Origin: Heteronotia binoei
Taxonomy: Eukaryota
Length of the DNA: 64,000 nt
NCBI RefSeq assembly: GCF_032191835.1
Contig: NC_083223.1
Coordinates: forward strand, 247,752,001 to 247,816,000
Direction of reading: 5' to 3'
A model generated the notes under the pieces. That model made no database searches. It was given only the letters and a program-made list of their open reading frames with translations, and had not been told where the DNA came from. The position numbers and the translations under genes were made by a program. Numbering within the stretch: the first letter of the stretch is position 1; the number at the start of each line of letters is the position of its first letter. This document shows, one piece after another, positions 11,659 to 24,800 of the stretch.

Positions 11659-11812
11659 GAAAAAGAAGAAGAACTGCAGATTTATACCCCACCCTTCTCC
11701 CTGAATCAGAGACTCAGAGCGGCTTACAATCTCCTATGTCTTCTCCCCTCACAACAAACACCCTGTGAGGTGGATGGGGCTGAGAGGGCTCTCACAGCAG
11801 CTGCCCTTTCAA
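11659..11812 (-). mobile_element. MIR/Ther1-derived squamate SINE (Squam3-like), 5'-truncated
   Basis: Reverse of the (CTT)n tail plus the 3' body shared with the full copies in this window. Confidence 0.75.
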
Positions 11813-13172
11813 TGTTATTGACTCACTGTATGTTTGTTGTTAAGTGCCAGTATCTCTGTGAGGATCTGTTTGAAGGATGATTGTAAGCCACTCTTTGGGT
11901 ACACAATATAAATATCAAATATTGTGAGGTTGGTTTTTAAAGTGTAGCATCTTGTGAGTACTGCTGTGCCCCTTTGTGTTTCAGCCATAACTTGATGGAG
12001 CCAGGACTAAAAACAATGAACAAAATGGTATTTGTTTTTATTTGTTTGTTTTATGGCCCACCTTTTGCACTGGGACTCAAGGACATTATACAGAATAGGT
12101 CAATATACAATCAGCAGGATGGAACATCCAATACACAGCACAACAGAATCTAACTTGTAGAAATCTAGGGCCAACCAGAAATCTGAAACTGAGGTGAATA
12201 AAAGAACAAAATGGGACTCCGACGATACCTTTAAGACCAACAAAGTTTTATTCAGGGTGTAACCTTTCATGTCAGACAATTAAGGTGAAGCAAAACATAG
12301 CATGAAACACTAAACAAAACAAAAAATTCAGAGTAGGAACTGATTTACAGCAGCAGATTATATGAACCTTACACAGTGGCGCTGGCACAGTCAATAATCT
12401 CTACCCCAAGTATATTTCTGAACCATTTTGTTACAACACGGCTCTATTTCATTATTATTGTTGTTAACATCAGTTGCATGTTGCAAATCCTCTTTTTGAA
12501 AACACTACCGGCATCATATAGAAATTTACAATATCACCAGATCAATGAAAATAAATTACATCTAACACATATTTATCCTCCCTCCTTCTGCCAAGGAATT
12601 CAAGGATGTATGTATATATAGTTCTTCCCTCCTCCAGTTTACCCTTGCAGCATCCTTGTGAGGGAAGGTAGGCTGAGAGAGAGAAAGGAGCCCAGGGTCA
12701 CCCAGCAAGTTCATGGCAGAACAAGGCCTCCCCATTTTCAGTACATCACTCTGGCTAATATGGCAAAAAGAGATTAATTCTGATCCAGACTTTTCATTCA
12801 TCCTACTAAAACAATTGATATTAGAATTATGAAAGGCACCACACTGCTCCTGCAAAGAAAAGTACTTTGCTGATTATAAGTGCAGAAATTAAGGTCTGGA
12901 AATCTAGACAGGATTGTCAAGGCCCTTTGACAGCTATAAAAGTTGACTGTTGCAACCATCTAATGTGATACTGGAGAGGGTTTAAAGCCTGGGTGTCAAA
13001 TGCTTCTCTTGTACCAAAACATCTATGGTTGGAAAAAAAATAAACTTATCATTCCAGTGTTGTGTTATAAACCATAACATTTTTTTTTCTGCATACAGCC
13101 CTTGACATTTTCATTACAGCAGCCATGTTGGGTAGGCGCATTGTTTCAATTTCAAAGAAGAAGTAGAGAGAG

Positions 13173-13276
13173 CAGGGCTTTTTCTTTCTCAGGAACGCAG
13201 TTCCGGCTGGCTTGGTATTAGGGGTGTGGCCTAATATGCAAATGAGTCCCTGCTGGGCTTTTTCTACAAAAAAAGC

Positions 13277-13308
<32 letters not shown>
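13173..13308. mobile_element. Short hAT-type MITE followed by an (AG)14 microsatellite
   Basis: cagggcttttt...aaaaaagcccag termini; agagagag on the left (13165-13172) and an expanded AG run on the right. Confidence 0.75.
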
Positions 13309-13309
<1 letters not shown>

Positions 13310-13954
13310 CTTTGCCTAAACTTCCAGGCTCCTGAACGTCCCAGACAGATTGGGAAGGAAGAGAAGTGAGTGTTTGGTGTGAACTTTGAATGGAACAGGA
13401 ATGGCCGAAAGATCCTTTGATCTTGTTAGGATCTTTGTCCCTCTACCCTCTGAGATGTAAGTAGGAAGATGTGTGATAGGAAAAGTGGGCTACTCCCCCT
13501 AGGAGTAAAACATTGGATGACAGTAGCAGCAGCAGCAACAGTAAAATATGTGCTTAGTCTCTAGATTTGCAGAAGATTCACAACAGACAACCTAATTAAA
13601 CTACAAAGCACTCCTGGCATAATCTGGGGTGAAAACCAGCGAAGGAAAGTCAAGACTGAATTTCTAATTCAATTCAGTGTGCATATTGGAAGAACAGCAG
13701 TTGGCAGAAAAGTAGCTTAGCAGCATCTGGGCCCAGCACTGCAAAGCAGGATCTAGTGGACCTCACCTTGAATGTAAGAGAGCAACATAATTGTAGAAAG
13801 GATGCAAGGAGTGCTGGGGCCAGAGCAGCTTAACACAGCTCCTTGTTTTGCAGTGTTATCATAAAAGGAGCAACTGCTGGTGGACGGAATATCCCCCCCT
13901 TCCTTCTGTGTACTCTCAGAATGAATCACCCTGCACTCTGTGTGGTGAGCCTGG

Positions 13955-14092
13955 GGACAAATTCCAGAGGGGGAAGTCGTGTTAGTCGGCTGCAGTCAAA
14001 ACAACCACGATTCTTGTGACATCTTCAAGACGAGCAAATTGGTTGGAGACGTCGATGCTTTCCTCGGTCTGCGCTCACTTCTTCAAATGCAC
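13955..14092. mobile_element. Probable Penelope-like element remnant (related pieces at ~12205-12285, 53225-53400, 53735-53925, 55855-55985)
   Basis: Degenerate gtgttagtc...ttcttgtggcaccttagagactaac...gctttc...cttcttcagatg motif, common in reptile genomes. Family assignment from recall. Confidence 0.5.
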
Positions 14093-16269
14093 AGGGGTAG
14101 CTCAGGGCTGCAGGCTTAGCTGGGTCTGTTACAACAGCCCTGGACTTAGCTGGGTGTCCTTGTAATTGCCAGGGCCCGGGTCAAAATTAACCGCTTGTGC
14201 CAACACTGCAGGGCCACTTGGTTCAGTTTGCTTTTGGTCCTCAGTGGCCTTCTAGGGCAGCAGCCCATCAGTAAATGTCCTAGCTAATTAAAGGGCCATT
14301 CTGCCTTTGGCATCTGCTTTGTATGCAGAAGGTCCCAGGCTAGGCTAGCTAACCTCCAGGTGGGGCCTGGAGATCTCCTGGATTACAACTGATCTCCAGA
14401 CAACACAGATCAGATGTCTGAAGAACACAGCTGCATTGAAGACTGGACTTTACACCTTGTCAAGATCCTTCTCCTCCCCACAACTCACCTTCCCAAAGTT
14501 CTACCTCTAAATCTCTAGGAATTTCCCAAGGGAGTTGGCAACCATTTCCCAGACTCAATCCCTGGCATCTTCAGTTAAAAGGATCAGGTAATAGACTGCA
14601 ATATGGCTACTCAGAGATGAGTAAATAAATCAACTGACCTTCCCCAATCAGAAGTGGCAGTTCACAAAGATGACAACCCGCTCTTTAAGGTGAATGTGTG
14701 TGCCTATGTCCAAGAGCACAGATGTTGTGGACTAATGTCAAATGAATTTCCCTCACAAGACACCCACTTAACTCAAGCATGAGGCGCTGCACGAATGCAG
14801 GGAAGGCCAAGTAAATCTTCTCTGCCCACGGGTAACACTTTGTGATCTTTCTGATCCATAGCAGAAAACATTTTGTTTCCCCAGTATTCTGAATTCTGCT
14901 TTCTAGCATCTTCAATAGACAGCAACTGTCATGTTTCCTTCCACAGGGTAGATGCTGCAAAGTAGGTCAAATGACATCTTATTTAACAGTTTCTCTGAAA
15001 CTGGCATGTTCCTACACCCGTTGAAATTGGCCCAGTTAGAAAATACCATGATGTTGTGAGGCTGAAAAAGACAAAAAAAACCCCTCCAAACCTTTTCTTG
15101 TTCTCTCCATAACTTGTACATATAACTAGAAAGGACATCAGTGATTTAAAAAACAAACAAACATTTTTTTATAGTCTGTCTTTCTCACAGGGATTTGAAG
15201 TGGATTATACATAGTGAGTCAATACAATCAACAAAATGGAATGTTCAGTAACCAATGTATTAGGATTTTAGAAGCCTGGAATCACCAGAAAGAACTGAAG
15301 CATACCATAAGTATTCACATGACACATTAAGTGGGACAGAAATTACATAAATAGAATCCCGCAATACACAGCATTGTAGACCACAGTCCCTAGTCATTTA
15401 TCCAAGCAAGTTTGTAAAACCATTTTGTACAGTGCAACCCTATTGCCTGTGCAGAAAATCCCTCTTGTATCGTTCAGTTTGTAATAGTTTGTGGAAAGAT
15501 AGGAGACCGGGAGCTTTCCTAACTTCCTGGACATAAGAATATAAGAGAAGCCGTGTTGGATCAGGCCAATGTTCAACATGCTGTGTCACACAGTGGCCAA
15601 AACAAACCAGGTGCCATCAGGAGGTCCACCAGTGGGGTCAGAACACTAGAAGCCCTCCACTGTTGCTCCCCCTCAAGCACCAAGAATACAGAGCATCACT
15701 TGCCCCAGACATAGAGTTCCATCTATACTTTGTGGCTAATAGCTACTGATGGACTTCTGCTCCATATGTTTATCCAATCCCCTTTTGAAGCCATCTATGC
15801 TTGTAGCTGCCACCACCTCCTGTGACAGTGAATTCCACAAGGTGGGAGCCACAACAGAGAAAGCATGTATATGGGCAGTTGCTGATTTTGCCCTTTTACA
15901 GGTTGGCACGTGCAGTAGCCCCTGCTGACTTGAGTGAAGTCATTGTGATGAAGCATACGGAGGGCAAGGTGGTCCTGCACATTTTTGCCAGCTCCCTGAC
16001 TGGACTCACAAAGAGTGATCACAGGGCTGGGACTGAGGTTGCCCATGAAGTTGATCCTCAGAGACTTCAATATTAAGGCCCAAAGCCTTGTGGCCTGGTG
16101 TAGCACATAACTTATGACCACTTAGACAGCCAAGGGCTTTCTCTAACACATTGGTGGACTGCTGTAAGCCATACATCCCACCCAGTGTTAATTTGCAAGC
16201 CATGCTGTTGAGGGGACGTGCATAGGGCAATGCCTTTCTTATGGGAAGATCAGAGTGCTGATTACAGGG

Positions 16270-16760
16270 TAGGGTTGCCAATCACCTGTTGGGGACAGGG
16301 GATACCCCTGTTTGGAGGCCCTCCCCCCACTTCAGGGTCATCAGAAAGTGGGGGGGGGGAAGGAAATGTCTGCTGGGCACTCCATTATTCCCTATAGAGA
16401 ACGATTTGCATAGGGTATAATGAAGAATTGATCCATGGATATCTGGGACTCTGTGGGGGGGGGCTGTTTCTTGAGGCAGAGGCATCAAATTTGCAGCATA
16501 GTATCCAAAACACTCCCCAAGTTTCAAAAAGATTGGATCGGGGGTCCAATTCTATGAGCTGCAAAAGAATGTGCCCCTATGCTTCATTATTTTGATGGAG
16601 GGAAGGCATTTTAAAGATGTGTGGTCCCTTTAAATGTGATGTCCAGAACTCCTTTTGGAGTTTAATTATGCTTGTCACAACCTTGCTCCTGGCTCCACCC
16701 CAAAGTCTCCTGGCTCCACCCTCAAAGTCCCAATTTCTTGAATAGGACCTGGCAATCCTA
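16270..16760. mobile_element. ~490-bp non-autonomous hAT element (TAGGGTTGCCA TIRs)
   Basis: TIRs tagggttgcca/tggcaatccta; perfect 8-bp TSD ttacaggg at 16262-16269 and 16761-16768. Confidence 0.88.
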
Positions 16761-16861
16761 TTACAGGGGTACCACACAATTGTTCACCCCAAGGAACTAA
16801 ATGCTTCAAAGTACATTCCTGAGTGCTATGGGGGATTTGCTGATCGACTTGGGTGGCTTTC

Positions 16862-17900
16862 CTGTTTCTTTTTTTTTCCAAACAAAATATTTATTGCACA
16901 AAAAGAAAAACACACCACCAACAAAAATAACATGACAACAATACATGACAACAATACCTATAACACTTAAAGGAGCTTAAGGATTAACACGGAAAGCCAG
17001 TTTGGTGTAGTGGTTAAGTGTGCGGACTCTTATCTGGGAGAACGGGGTTTGATTCCACACTCCTCCACTTACACCTGCTGTAATGGCCTTGGGTTAGCCA
17101 TAGCTCTGGCAGAGGTTGTCCTTGAAAGGGCAGCTGCTGGGAGAGCCCTCTCCAGCCCCACCCACCTCACAGGGTGTCTATTGTGGGGGAGGAAGGTAAA
17201 GGAGATTGTGAGCTGCTCTGAGACTCTTTGGAGTGGAGGGCGGGATATAAATCCAATATCTTCATCTTCTTCTTATATACATCAGTTCCATCTTTTCAGT
17301 AATCATAAACTTTTACCCAATCATAAAACAATTTCCAAGATTCCTTACATTTCTCTACATTCCCATCTCTAAGTTTAACCGTTAGAATATCCATTTCCGC
17401 TATCTTGTATAATTTTTGTATAAATTCCTCTTTCCCTGGTACCTGCGGAGATTTCCAATGCCCGGCATATATTATCCTCGCCACAGTTACTATATTTAAT
17501 AAAAGTTTCCTAATTGTAATAGGAATGGACTTCTTACATATATTTAGCAAATACAGTTTAGGTACGCGGTACACTTATTTTTAGTATTTTTTAAATCCCT
17601 ATATAAATCTGCGCCCAATATTTCTTGGCTTTTTCACATTGCCACCAACAATGGTAGAATGTTCCTTTTGTCTTGTTGCATTTCCAACATTTGTTTGAAG
17701 AACGAGGATGCATTTTTGCTAATTTCTCAGGCATAAAGTACCAACCATAGGCCATCTACAGATTTTCTCTAAGCGTGGCCAATTTAGTTAATTTAACATT
17801 CTCTTTCCAAATTTTCTCCCAATCCATTAATTCTATACTATAACCAAAATCTTGCATCCACTTTACCAGGCTCTCTTTCACTATTCCTGTTTCTGACCTA
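16862..17900 (-). mobile_element. L1-clade LINE 3' end (ORF2 zinc knuckle, 3' UTR, poly(A)), interrupted by a SINE
   Basis: Minus strand encodes PRSSNKCWKCNKTKGTFYHCWWQCEKAKKYW (CX2C-X7-H-X4-C knuckle). AATAAA plus A-tail at the left end; AT-rich. Confidence 0.8.
16994..17273 (+). mobile_element. Full-length tRNA-derived MIR/Ther1-type SINE (Squam3-like, (CTT)n tail)
   Basis: Head gccagtttggtgtagtggttaag (A box) ... gggtttgattcc (B box); tail atcttcatcttcttct. Many copies in the window. Confidence 0.88.
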
Positions 17901-18413
17901 CTTGAACTATGGCACATATCTCAGGCCATGCACATTGTTGTTTCTGGTGCCTTCTGACAGGCAGCAAAGCCTATCTCCTCCTTAGTTCAGTGAATTCAGT
18001 GAAGGTGAAAGGAAGATGGCTGCAGCACAAAGGAGAGCCAGTGGTGGTGGGAGGTAAAGGCTGGATTGCTGGACTAGGACATGGACAGAGGGTTGCCAAC
18101 CTCCAGGCTACAAATCTGATCCCTAGAGAGAAAATGTCTACTCCAGAGGGTGGACTTTACGGCATTATATTCCAGAGAGGTTCCTCCCTAGGTTCTCCAG
18201 ACACTGTCTTCCCAAGTCTCCACCCCCAAATCTCCAGGAATTTCCCAACCTGGAGTTGGCAGTTCTACCAGGAGCCCCAAGTTCAATTCCCTGCTCTTCC
18301 ATGGGTGCATCAGTGACCTTTGGTCAGTCAGACTAACTTTACTGTCATGATGCTAGGCTGGGTGCTGAGGAGTGGAGTGGGGTGACATGTAAGCTGGGGT
18401 TGCCAGCTCCAGC

Positions 18414-18515
18414 TTGGGAAATTCTTGGCTATTTGGGGGTACAGCATGGGGAGGAAGAGGTTGGGAAATTCTTGGCTATTTGGGGGTACAGCATGGGGAG
18501 GAAGAGGTTGGGAAA
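18414..18515. repeat. Perfect 47-bp tandem duplication inside a TAGGGTTGCCA-family element
   Basis: Unit ttgggaaattcttggctatttgggggtacagcatggggaggaagagg twice, plus a partial third. Confidence 0.9.
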
Positions 18516-20271
18516 GGAAGAGACCTCGTAGGGTATAATGTAGGGTTGCCAGATCTCCCATATTTACAGCTCCCCTGGAGAAAATGGCTGCTTTTACGGC
18601 ATTGTACTATGCTGAGGCCCCTCGCCAAAGTCTTCAGGTATTTTCCAACACCCCCAAAGTCTTCCGGTATTTTCCAGCACAGACCTTGCAACCCTACAGT
18701 AGGCCTATGCTTGTGGCAGTTACTTCCTAGTACTTACAAACGTATGTAATGTAATAGTTATAATTGTTAAAATTGGTTTCATATGTTGTATTGTTGTTAC
18801 TAGTGTATCTACTGCAATTAGTATAAACTTTTATTCTAATTTTTAGAAATGTATAAAAGGTTGCTTGTGAGTTTAACATTGTTAAAATAATTAAATATTG
18901 TTCAAGTATTGTTTATATATTTGTTTTTGATATTTTGTAGTATTAATTTTTTTAATCAATAAAAAAGTATTTTCCTAAAATTTTCCCCCTCTCTTCTTAA
19001 GGTAGTGATGGCAGCCAAGACCTTCTTCCTTGTCACCACTGTGCTGCTCAGTCAGGGCTATCTGGTGATGATACAGCAATGGGTTTAAAACAGCCTAGCC
19101 CTCCTAGTGCAACAGATGGCCCTTTAGTAACTCTTTGTGACCAGTTTGCACTTTGCTTTTAAAGCCAATGTGAGTCGGATGCGGCTATTATACCTGATCA
19201 AGGTTGCTGCTTGGTCAGTTGGAACAGCTGGAATCTCCTGAGAATACTCAGAAGTGTTCATGGCTTGCTTGAGTCCTGCTCTCATAAAGATCTTTTTATT
19301 ATTATTTTCTTTTAAAATGCAGGAATGCCAAAGTTGGATAGATCAACATTTACAATATAAGAGTAAAAAGCAGAATAGCACAAAATACATAATAATATCT
19401 ACCTTCACATACCAGTAGGGATAATTGTCACCTTTAAATAATGTCAGAACATGTTTAAACATTAAAAATATTATAAGTTGCGTGATAATAGGAATCACTC
19501 AAAACAATCTCATTCCCTACAGGATATTGTACAAGAAGTCCTGCTTTGATCAATTAAGCCTGTTATGGGTGTCACTGATCCATACTCCCAGGGGGGGGGG
19601 GGTTTGGAGAAAAAGTCCAACAGTAACTAATTTCATATTAGGCCACACCCCCTGACACCAAGCCAGCCGGAAGTGCGTTCCTTTGAGTTCCTGCTCAAAA
19701 AAAGCCCTGCATACTCCTATCATTGAGGAGTCATCACCTTAGTTCTGAAGCAAGCTATCCATCCATCCATCCAAAATGTTTTTAAAAATCTGTTTATCTG
19801 AGAGCTTTGAATAATTACAGGCCAATCTCCCACCTTCCATTCTGGGGTGAAGTCCAAGTGGGCAGTAATGGATCATCCCCAGATGGTCCTGGATGAAATA
19901 GATTATCTCTCAAGGTTTAGGTCTGGCTGTGGGACTGAAACTGCTCTGGCAGACTGTCCTTATCCAGAGACAGATGGGTGAGCGTATTGCTCTTGAATCT
20001 TCCAAACCTCTCAGTGGTTTTTGATTAGATTGCCTATCAATTATTTCTGAATTGGATGAAAAGACTGAAAGCATTGCTTTGCAGTGGTTCTATCCAGGGC
20101 TTTTTTTCTGGAAAAAGGTGCCGGAACTCTTGTCCCTCATGAAGCCATAAACATTTTTTTGGATAATTTTGTTTCCACAAAGAGGTTCCAGAGCTCTCTT
20201 CTGCCCCATTCCCCCAGAAAAAAAGCCCTAGTTTTATCCCTTCATGTCTGGTCAGTTGCAGAAATTTACAT

Positions 20272-20445
20272 GACCAATTTCGCACTAGAGCTTTAATCCT
20301 GGTTTAACTCTGTCCCCAAACTGACTTTCTACACTAAAACCATAGAATCATAGAGTCATAAAGATGGTTTCTCTGATTCTCTGATTCTAGTGTAGAAAGT
20401 CAGCTTGGGGACAGAGTTAAACCAGGATTAAAGCTCTAGCACGAA
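20272..20445. mobile_element. Fold-back (palindromic) element, second copy at ~47206-47383
   Basis: 58-bp inverted arms (20279-20336 / 20388-20445) with 3 mismatches. The second copy is in the opposite orientation, so this is a dispersed family. Confidence 0.75.
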
Positions 20446-20682
20446 GGGGAGCTATCCTGTTCAGTGCCATGAAGTTCAATCTTGATGCCAATATCTACAT
20501 GCTGATATGAGGAGAGATCATCAGGCAATATGGACTGCAGGGAGGTAAGCGCCTCCTGGAAGAAGGAGGAGGCAGGGCTTCTGCCATGGCACCTTGCCTT
20601 TGGAACTCTCTTCCCATAGTTGCTCTCTTGGCTAGGTTTAAGTAGCAGGAAAAACTTTTAAAAGGTTTTTGTTTTGTTTTGC

Positions 20683-20875
20683 CTGACCTGAATGGCCCAA
20701 GGTACCTTGATCTTGTCAGATTTCCAAAGCTATGCAGGGTCAGCTGTTGTTAGTATTTGGGTGCGAGGCCACCAAAGAAGTCCAGGATTGCTATGCAAAT
20801 TACCTCTGCTCATCTCCAGCCTTGGACACCCTGAGGGGGTCACCATAAGTCAGCGGCGAATGGTGGCGCTTTCCA
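20683..20875 (+). mobile_element. 5S rRNA-derived SINE (5S-Sauria-like); other copies 22275-22625 (with nested MITE at 22342-22511), 41266-41425, 50727-50910
   Basis: Head resembles 5S rRNA (gatct(c/t)gtcagatctc.gaagcta.gcagggtcag...ttagta.ttgg), followed by a non-rRNA tail similar to the Sauria/BovB 3' end. Confidence 0.75.
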
Positions 20876-21561
20876 GCAGAGCTTTTGACTTGAGGATGGT
20901 CAATTACACATTAGAATGAACTTTAAAAAAATTACATTATTAGTCATTATTGCACAGATGATGTTTTGAATGTTTTTTAGCTGCTTACTGTTTTGTCTTT
21001 TGAGTCTTCTTACTGGCTGTCCCATTAATTATTATTTATTATTTTTAGGGGTTGTTTTGCATTGAGGATTGTATTTTATTGATTTGCTTGAGATTCCTCA
21101 GAAGCCTTGAGAGTTATATATGGGATATAAATTATTTTAAATGAACAACAGGCAGATAACAGAACAGTTCTGTTTTCCATTAGGTCTAGGAGCATTTGTA
21201 ATGCATGTGCCAGCACCCAGACTGTTATGAACTAGATAAGGGAGAATAACTGTCAGCAGAATGCAAATAAGATTCAGCCTAGAGAATATGGAATAAATCG
21301 AATCAAATAAGGATAGTTGAAGGATCCCTGTGATGTCAGATTGGTGAGTTTGTTTACACTACATGGGATCACCACCCCCCCAAAAAAATAAAGGATCAGA
21401 TTAATAGTTTTAAGGATTCCTTGGCATCCTACTTTGCAAATTAATCTATAGTGGCCAGGAGTGTCTTTCATCAATTTTGGCTGATAAACTGACAAGCCAG
21501 TCAGAGCCACCTTTCATGTTTTTTGGTAATGTAAACTGGACTATTGCAGTGGACTGCCACT

Positions 21562-21839
21562 GAAGAGAACTTAGAAGAAATTGGATTTATATCCCGTCCT
21601 CCACTCCGAAGAGTCTCAGAGCGGCTCACAATCTCCTTTACCTTCCTCCCCAACAGACACCCTGTGAGGTGGGTGGGGTTGGAGAGGGCTCTCACAGCAG
21701 CTGCCCTTTCAAGGACAACCTCTGCCAGAGCTTTGGCTGACCCAAGGCCATGCCAGCAGGTGCAAGTGGAGGAGTGGGGAATCAAACCCGGTTCTCCCAG
21801 ATAAGAGTCCACACACTTAACCACTACACCAAACTGACT
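21562..21839 (-). mobile_element. Full-length Squam3-like SINE
   Basis: Reverse complement of the 16994-17273 family. Confidence 0.88.
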
Positions 21840-24800
21840 TAGATGCTGTAGTTTATGCTGTCTTCTGTGACCTGCTTTTTTGTTTAGGGAAATAATATGA
21901 CTCATCTGAGCAAAGCCTTCCAAGCGTAATGACAAAGACTGACAACTGCCTGTACATGTGTTCTGTGTTATGGCTCCCACCTCGTGGAATGGCCTGCCTC
22001 AGGTCAGACTGCAAAATGTTCAAATTAGAAATGTTCAGGGGGAAATTTTAATAAAGGGAATAGAAGTGTATTATAATGGAACCATTCAGGAGGGTGCTTT
22101 TATAATGGAATTGGAGTCTATTGCAGTGTTTATGATATGTAACATCTTCCTTTTACTGCATTGTCTTCTACCTTTGTAATCAACTTGTGCATTGTGGTAT
22201 GTCATGCCTTAGACAGGCTTTTTCTTTTTGCATTGTTTTCCAGTTCTGTCATCCTAGTTCTGGAGGGAGGGTGGCATGATATAGCCCAGTCTTGTCAGAT
22301 CTCAGAAGCTAAGCTGGGTCAGTACTTGAAAGGGAGACCACCAGGGCTGGCCCTAGACTGTCTGGCACCCTAAGCAAGGCTAACTTCTGATGCCCCCCCC
22401 CCCTGCACTGATAACATCACCAAGTCATGTGAGAGGTGCCCAATTCGGTGCCCACAAAAGGCTGGTGCCCCAGGCAATCACCTAGTTTGCCTAGTGGCAG
22501 GGCTGGCCCTGGAGAGTACCAAAAAAGGCTCTGCAGAGGAAGGCCATCACCTTTGCATCTCACTTGCCTTGAAAGCCCCTTGTTGGGGTCACCATAAATT
22601 GGCTGCAACCCGATGACACATTACACACAGAGTCCTAGTCCTATTGCCTTGTTTATTGGATGATTTATGCTGTCTGAACTGCTTTTTGTAATCTGCCTTT
22701 ATTCTCTATGAGAAAGGCAGGCTATAAAGAAACTAAAGAAATAATATTTTCTTGCTTATCTGTACTGGATACCAAATACCTTCCAGACCCAATCAAGGGG
22801 CCTGCAGGCCACACCTGGGTCATCTGTATCTAAACAGCATTTGCTCTTGTACTATTCTCCCTGCTCACCCCCACCCCCCAAGACAAGCAGGAGAGGCGGC
22901 AAGGACAATTCCTCAGCAGTGTGATTGATGGCACTTCTCTCCTGGCACTGTTCTCTTGGTAAAAGTGCCAAGCCTGAGGAGATTCTTGCCCAGAAAGGCC
23001 CACTTAGCCAGGGGCATAGACTTCTCAATTCCCCCCATAGGGGAGCATGGGGCTGAACTTCGTCCATGCCCATTTTTAGTAAATTATATTACATTATTTA
23101 AATATGAAATTATCTGTATTTTGAAAAACCACATGCCATCAACAATCATGTGGTTTTAAAAATATAATTTTTCCTCATAATTTTCCTATCTCAGTCAAAG
23201 GAAAGATGTCAGGAATGTCTTCAGTGAGACAATTTGAGTAAATATTTAATCCCTTTATGAAAGGAAATATTTCATCCTCTCTTTTTCTCACAATTTAGCC
23301 TATGTGACTGGCCCAGCAACACATAGTGTGCTTCGTGGCTAAGTGGGGATTTACACACTGGTCTCCCCAATCTTGGACCAGCACTCTAACAACCACACCA
23401 CTCATGTATGGATACTCCAAATGTATCTCAGAATCCACAGTAAACTCACAGTAAGTACAGGCTTCTCAAATACCCTCACCTGAAATTATGTGGACATTGG
23501 TTTGGTTGAAATAGCGTCCAGGGCAGCAGAATCGCCCCACTTTCCATATTTGATAGAAAGTGAATTTTATCTCCTCCCCCACACCATGTACAGACACACA
23601 CAGAGAAAAAGTCTATTCTGATATCTTCCATTTTTTCTCTCTCTAGAGCTTTAAATCTCAGGGTGCCCCAATCATCTTAACTTCTAGCATTTGAGCCACA
23701 GGCCTCCAACACACATAGCTAATATTCCTATCTCCTCCATTTCTTTTTCTCTAAAATTGCAATTCCTACGATACCCATATAACCTCAAATGCACACTCTA
23801 ATTTGGGAGAAACGGGTTTGATTCCCTACTTCTCCACATGCACCTGGTATGACCTTGGGTCAGTCATAACTCTATCAGGGGCTCAGGGCTGTTCTCTCAA
23901 GAGCAGTTTCTGTCAGAGCTCTATCAGCCCTACCTACCTCACAGGTTGTCTATTTCGGGGAGGGGAAGGAAAGGAGATTGTAAGCCACTCTGAGTGAATC
24001 CAATCTCTTCTCTTCTTAACTTCCAATACACTGTTTTGATGATCCACAGGAAGTTTAGGCAGAACTTCCAAAGATCCCAAGGAAGAAACAAGGTAAGAAA
24101 GTAGAGAGATGCTCTTGTGTGGCAAGTAAATGTCCCAAAGCCCCAGAGACAGAAAGCATAGTTGAAGAGTGTGAGACTGTACAGTTTAAGCCTAAACAGC
24201 TTCATGATGCTACCTGGCAGCCAGGAGGGCACTGCCCTCTCTGGAGAATCTGGGTGGGGAGGGTTGAGGCCTGCTGCTCCCCTATAGTTTTCACCCTTGC
24301 ACCTAGCTATACCTTCAGGAACAAGTGACTGGCACAAGACTGCAAATGTTAGGAGATGGGAAGAGCTTTCAGCTAAAGACTGCAGTGAGTCCCAGGTTCA
24401 GTCCCCTGGTATTTCCTGTCACAAAATCTTCTCTGGGAGATCCACCAGGTGAAAGGAACAGTCTCTCCCTGAGACCCCAGCAGTTTCTTTTTCAAAGCAA
24501 AGACGTCAACTGCTGCCTGACTAAAGGTTGCCTCCATCAAACAAGAAGGATGCTAGGGAGAAATAATATCAATACTTCTGACCTGCTTACTATTGTTTTT
24601 ATTATTATTGTCAGCCAGCATAGCACAAAATCTGACTAGGAGGCCTGCGTTTAAAACCCCACTTGTGCCTTGAAAGCTCACTGGGTGACCTTGGAGTAGT
24701 CGCACTCTCTCAGCCTAACCTACCTCACAGGGTTATTGTGAGGATACAATGGAGGAGAGGAGAATGTGGAAAACTGCGTTGGGTCCCCTTTGGTGAAAGG

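Noticed and set aside
20683-20800. 5S rRNA gene (also ~22275, 41266, 50727)
   Set aside because: Diverged and truncated 5S-like heads fused to SINE tails, with no oligo-T terminator: these are SINEs, not rRNA genes.
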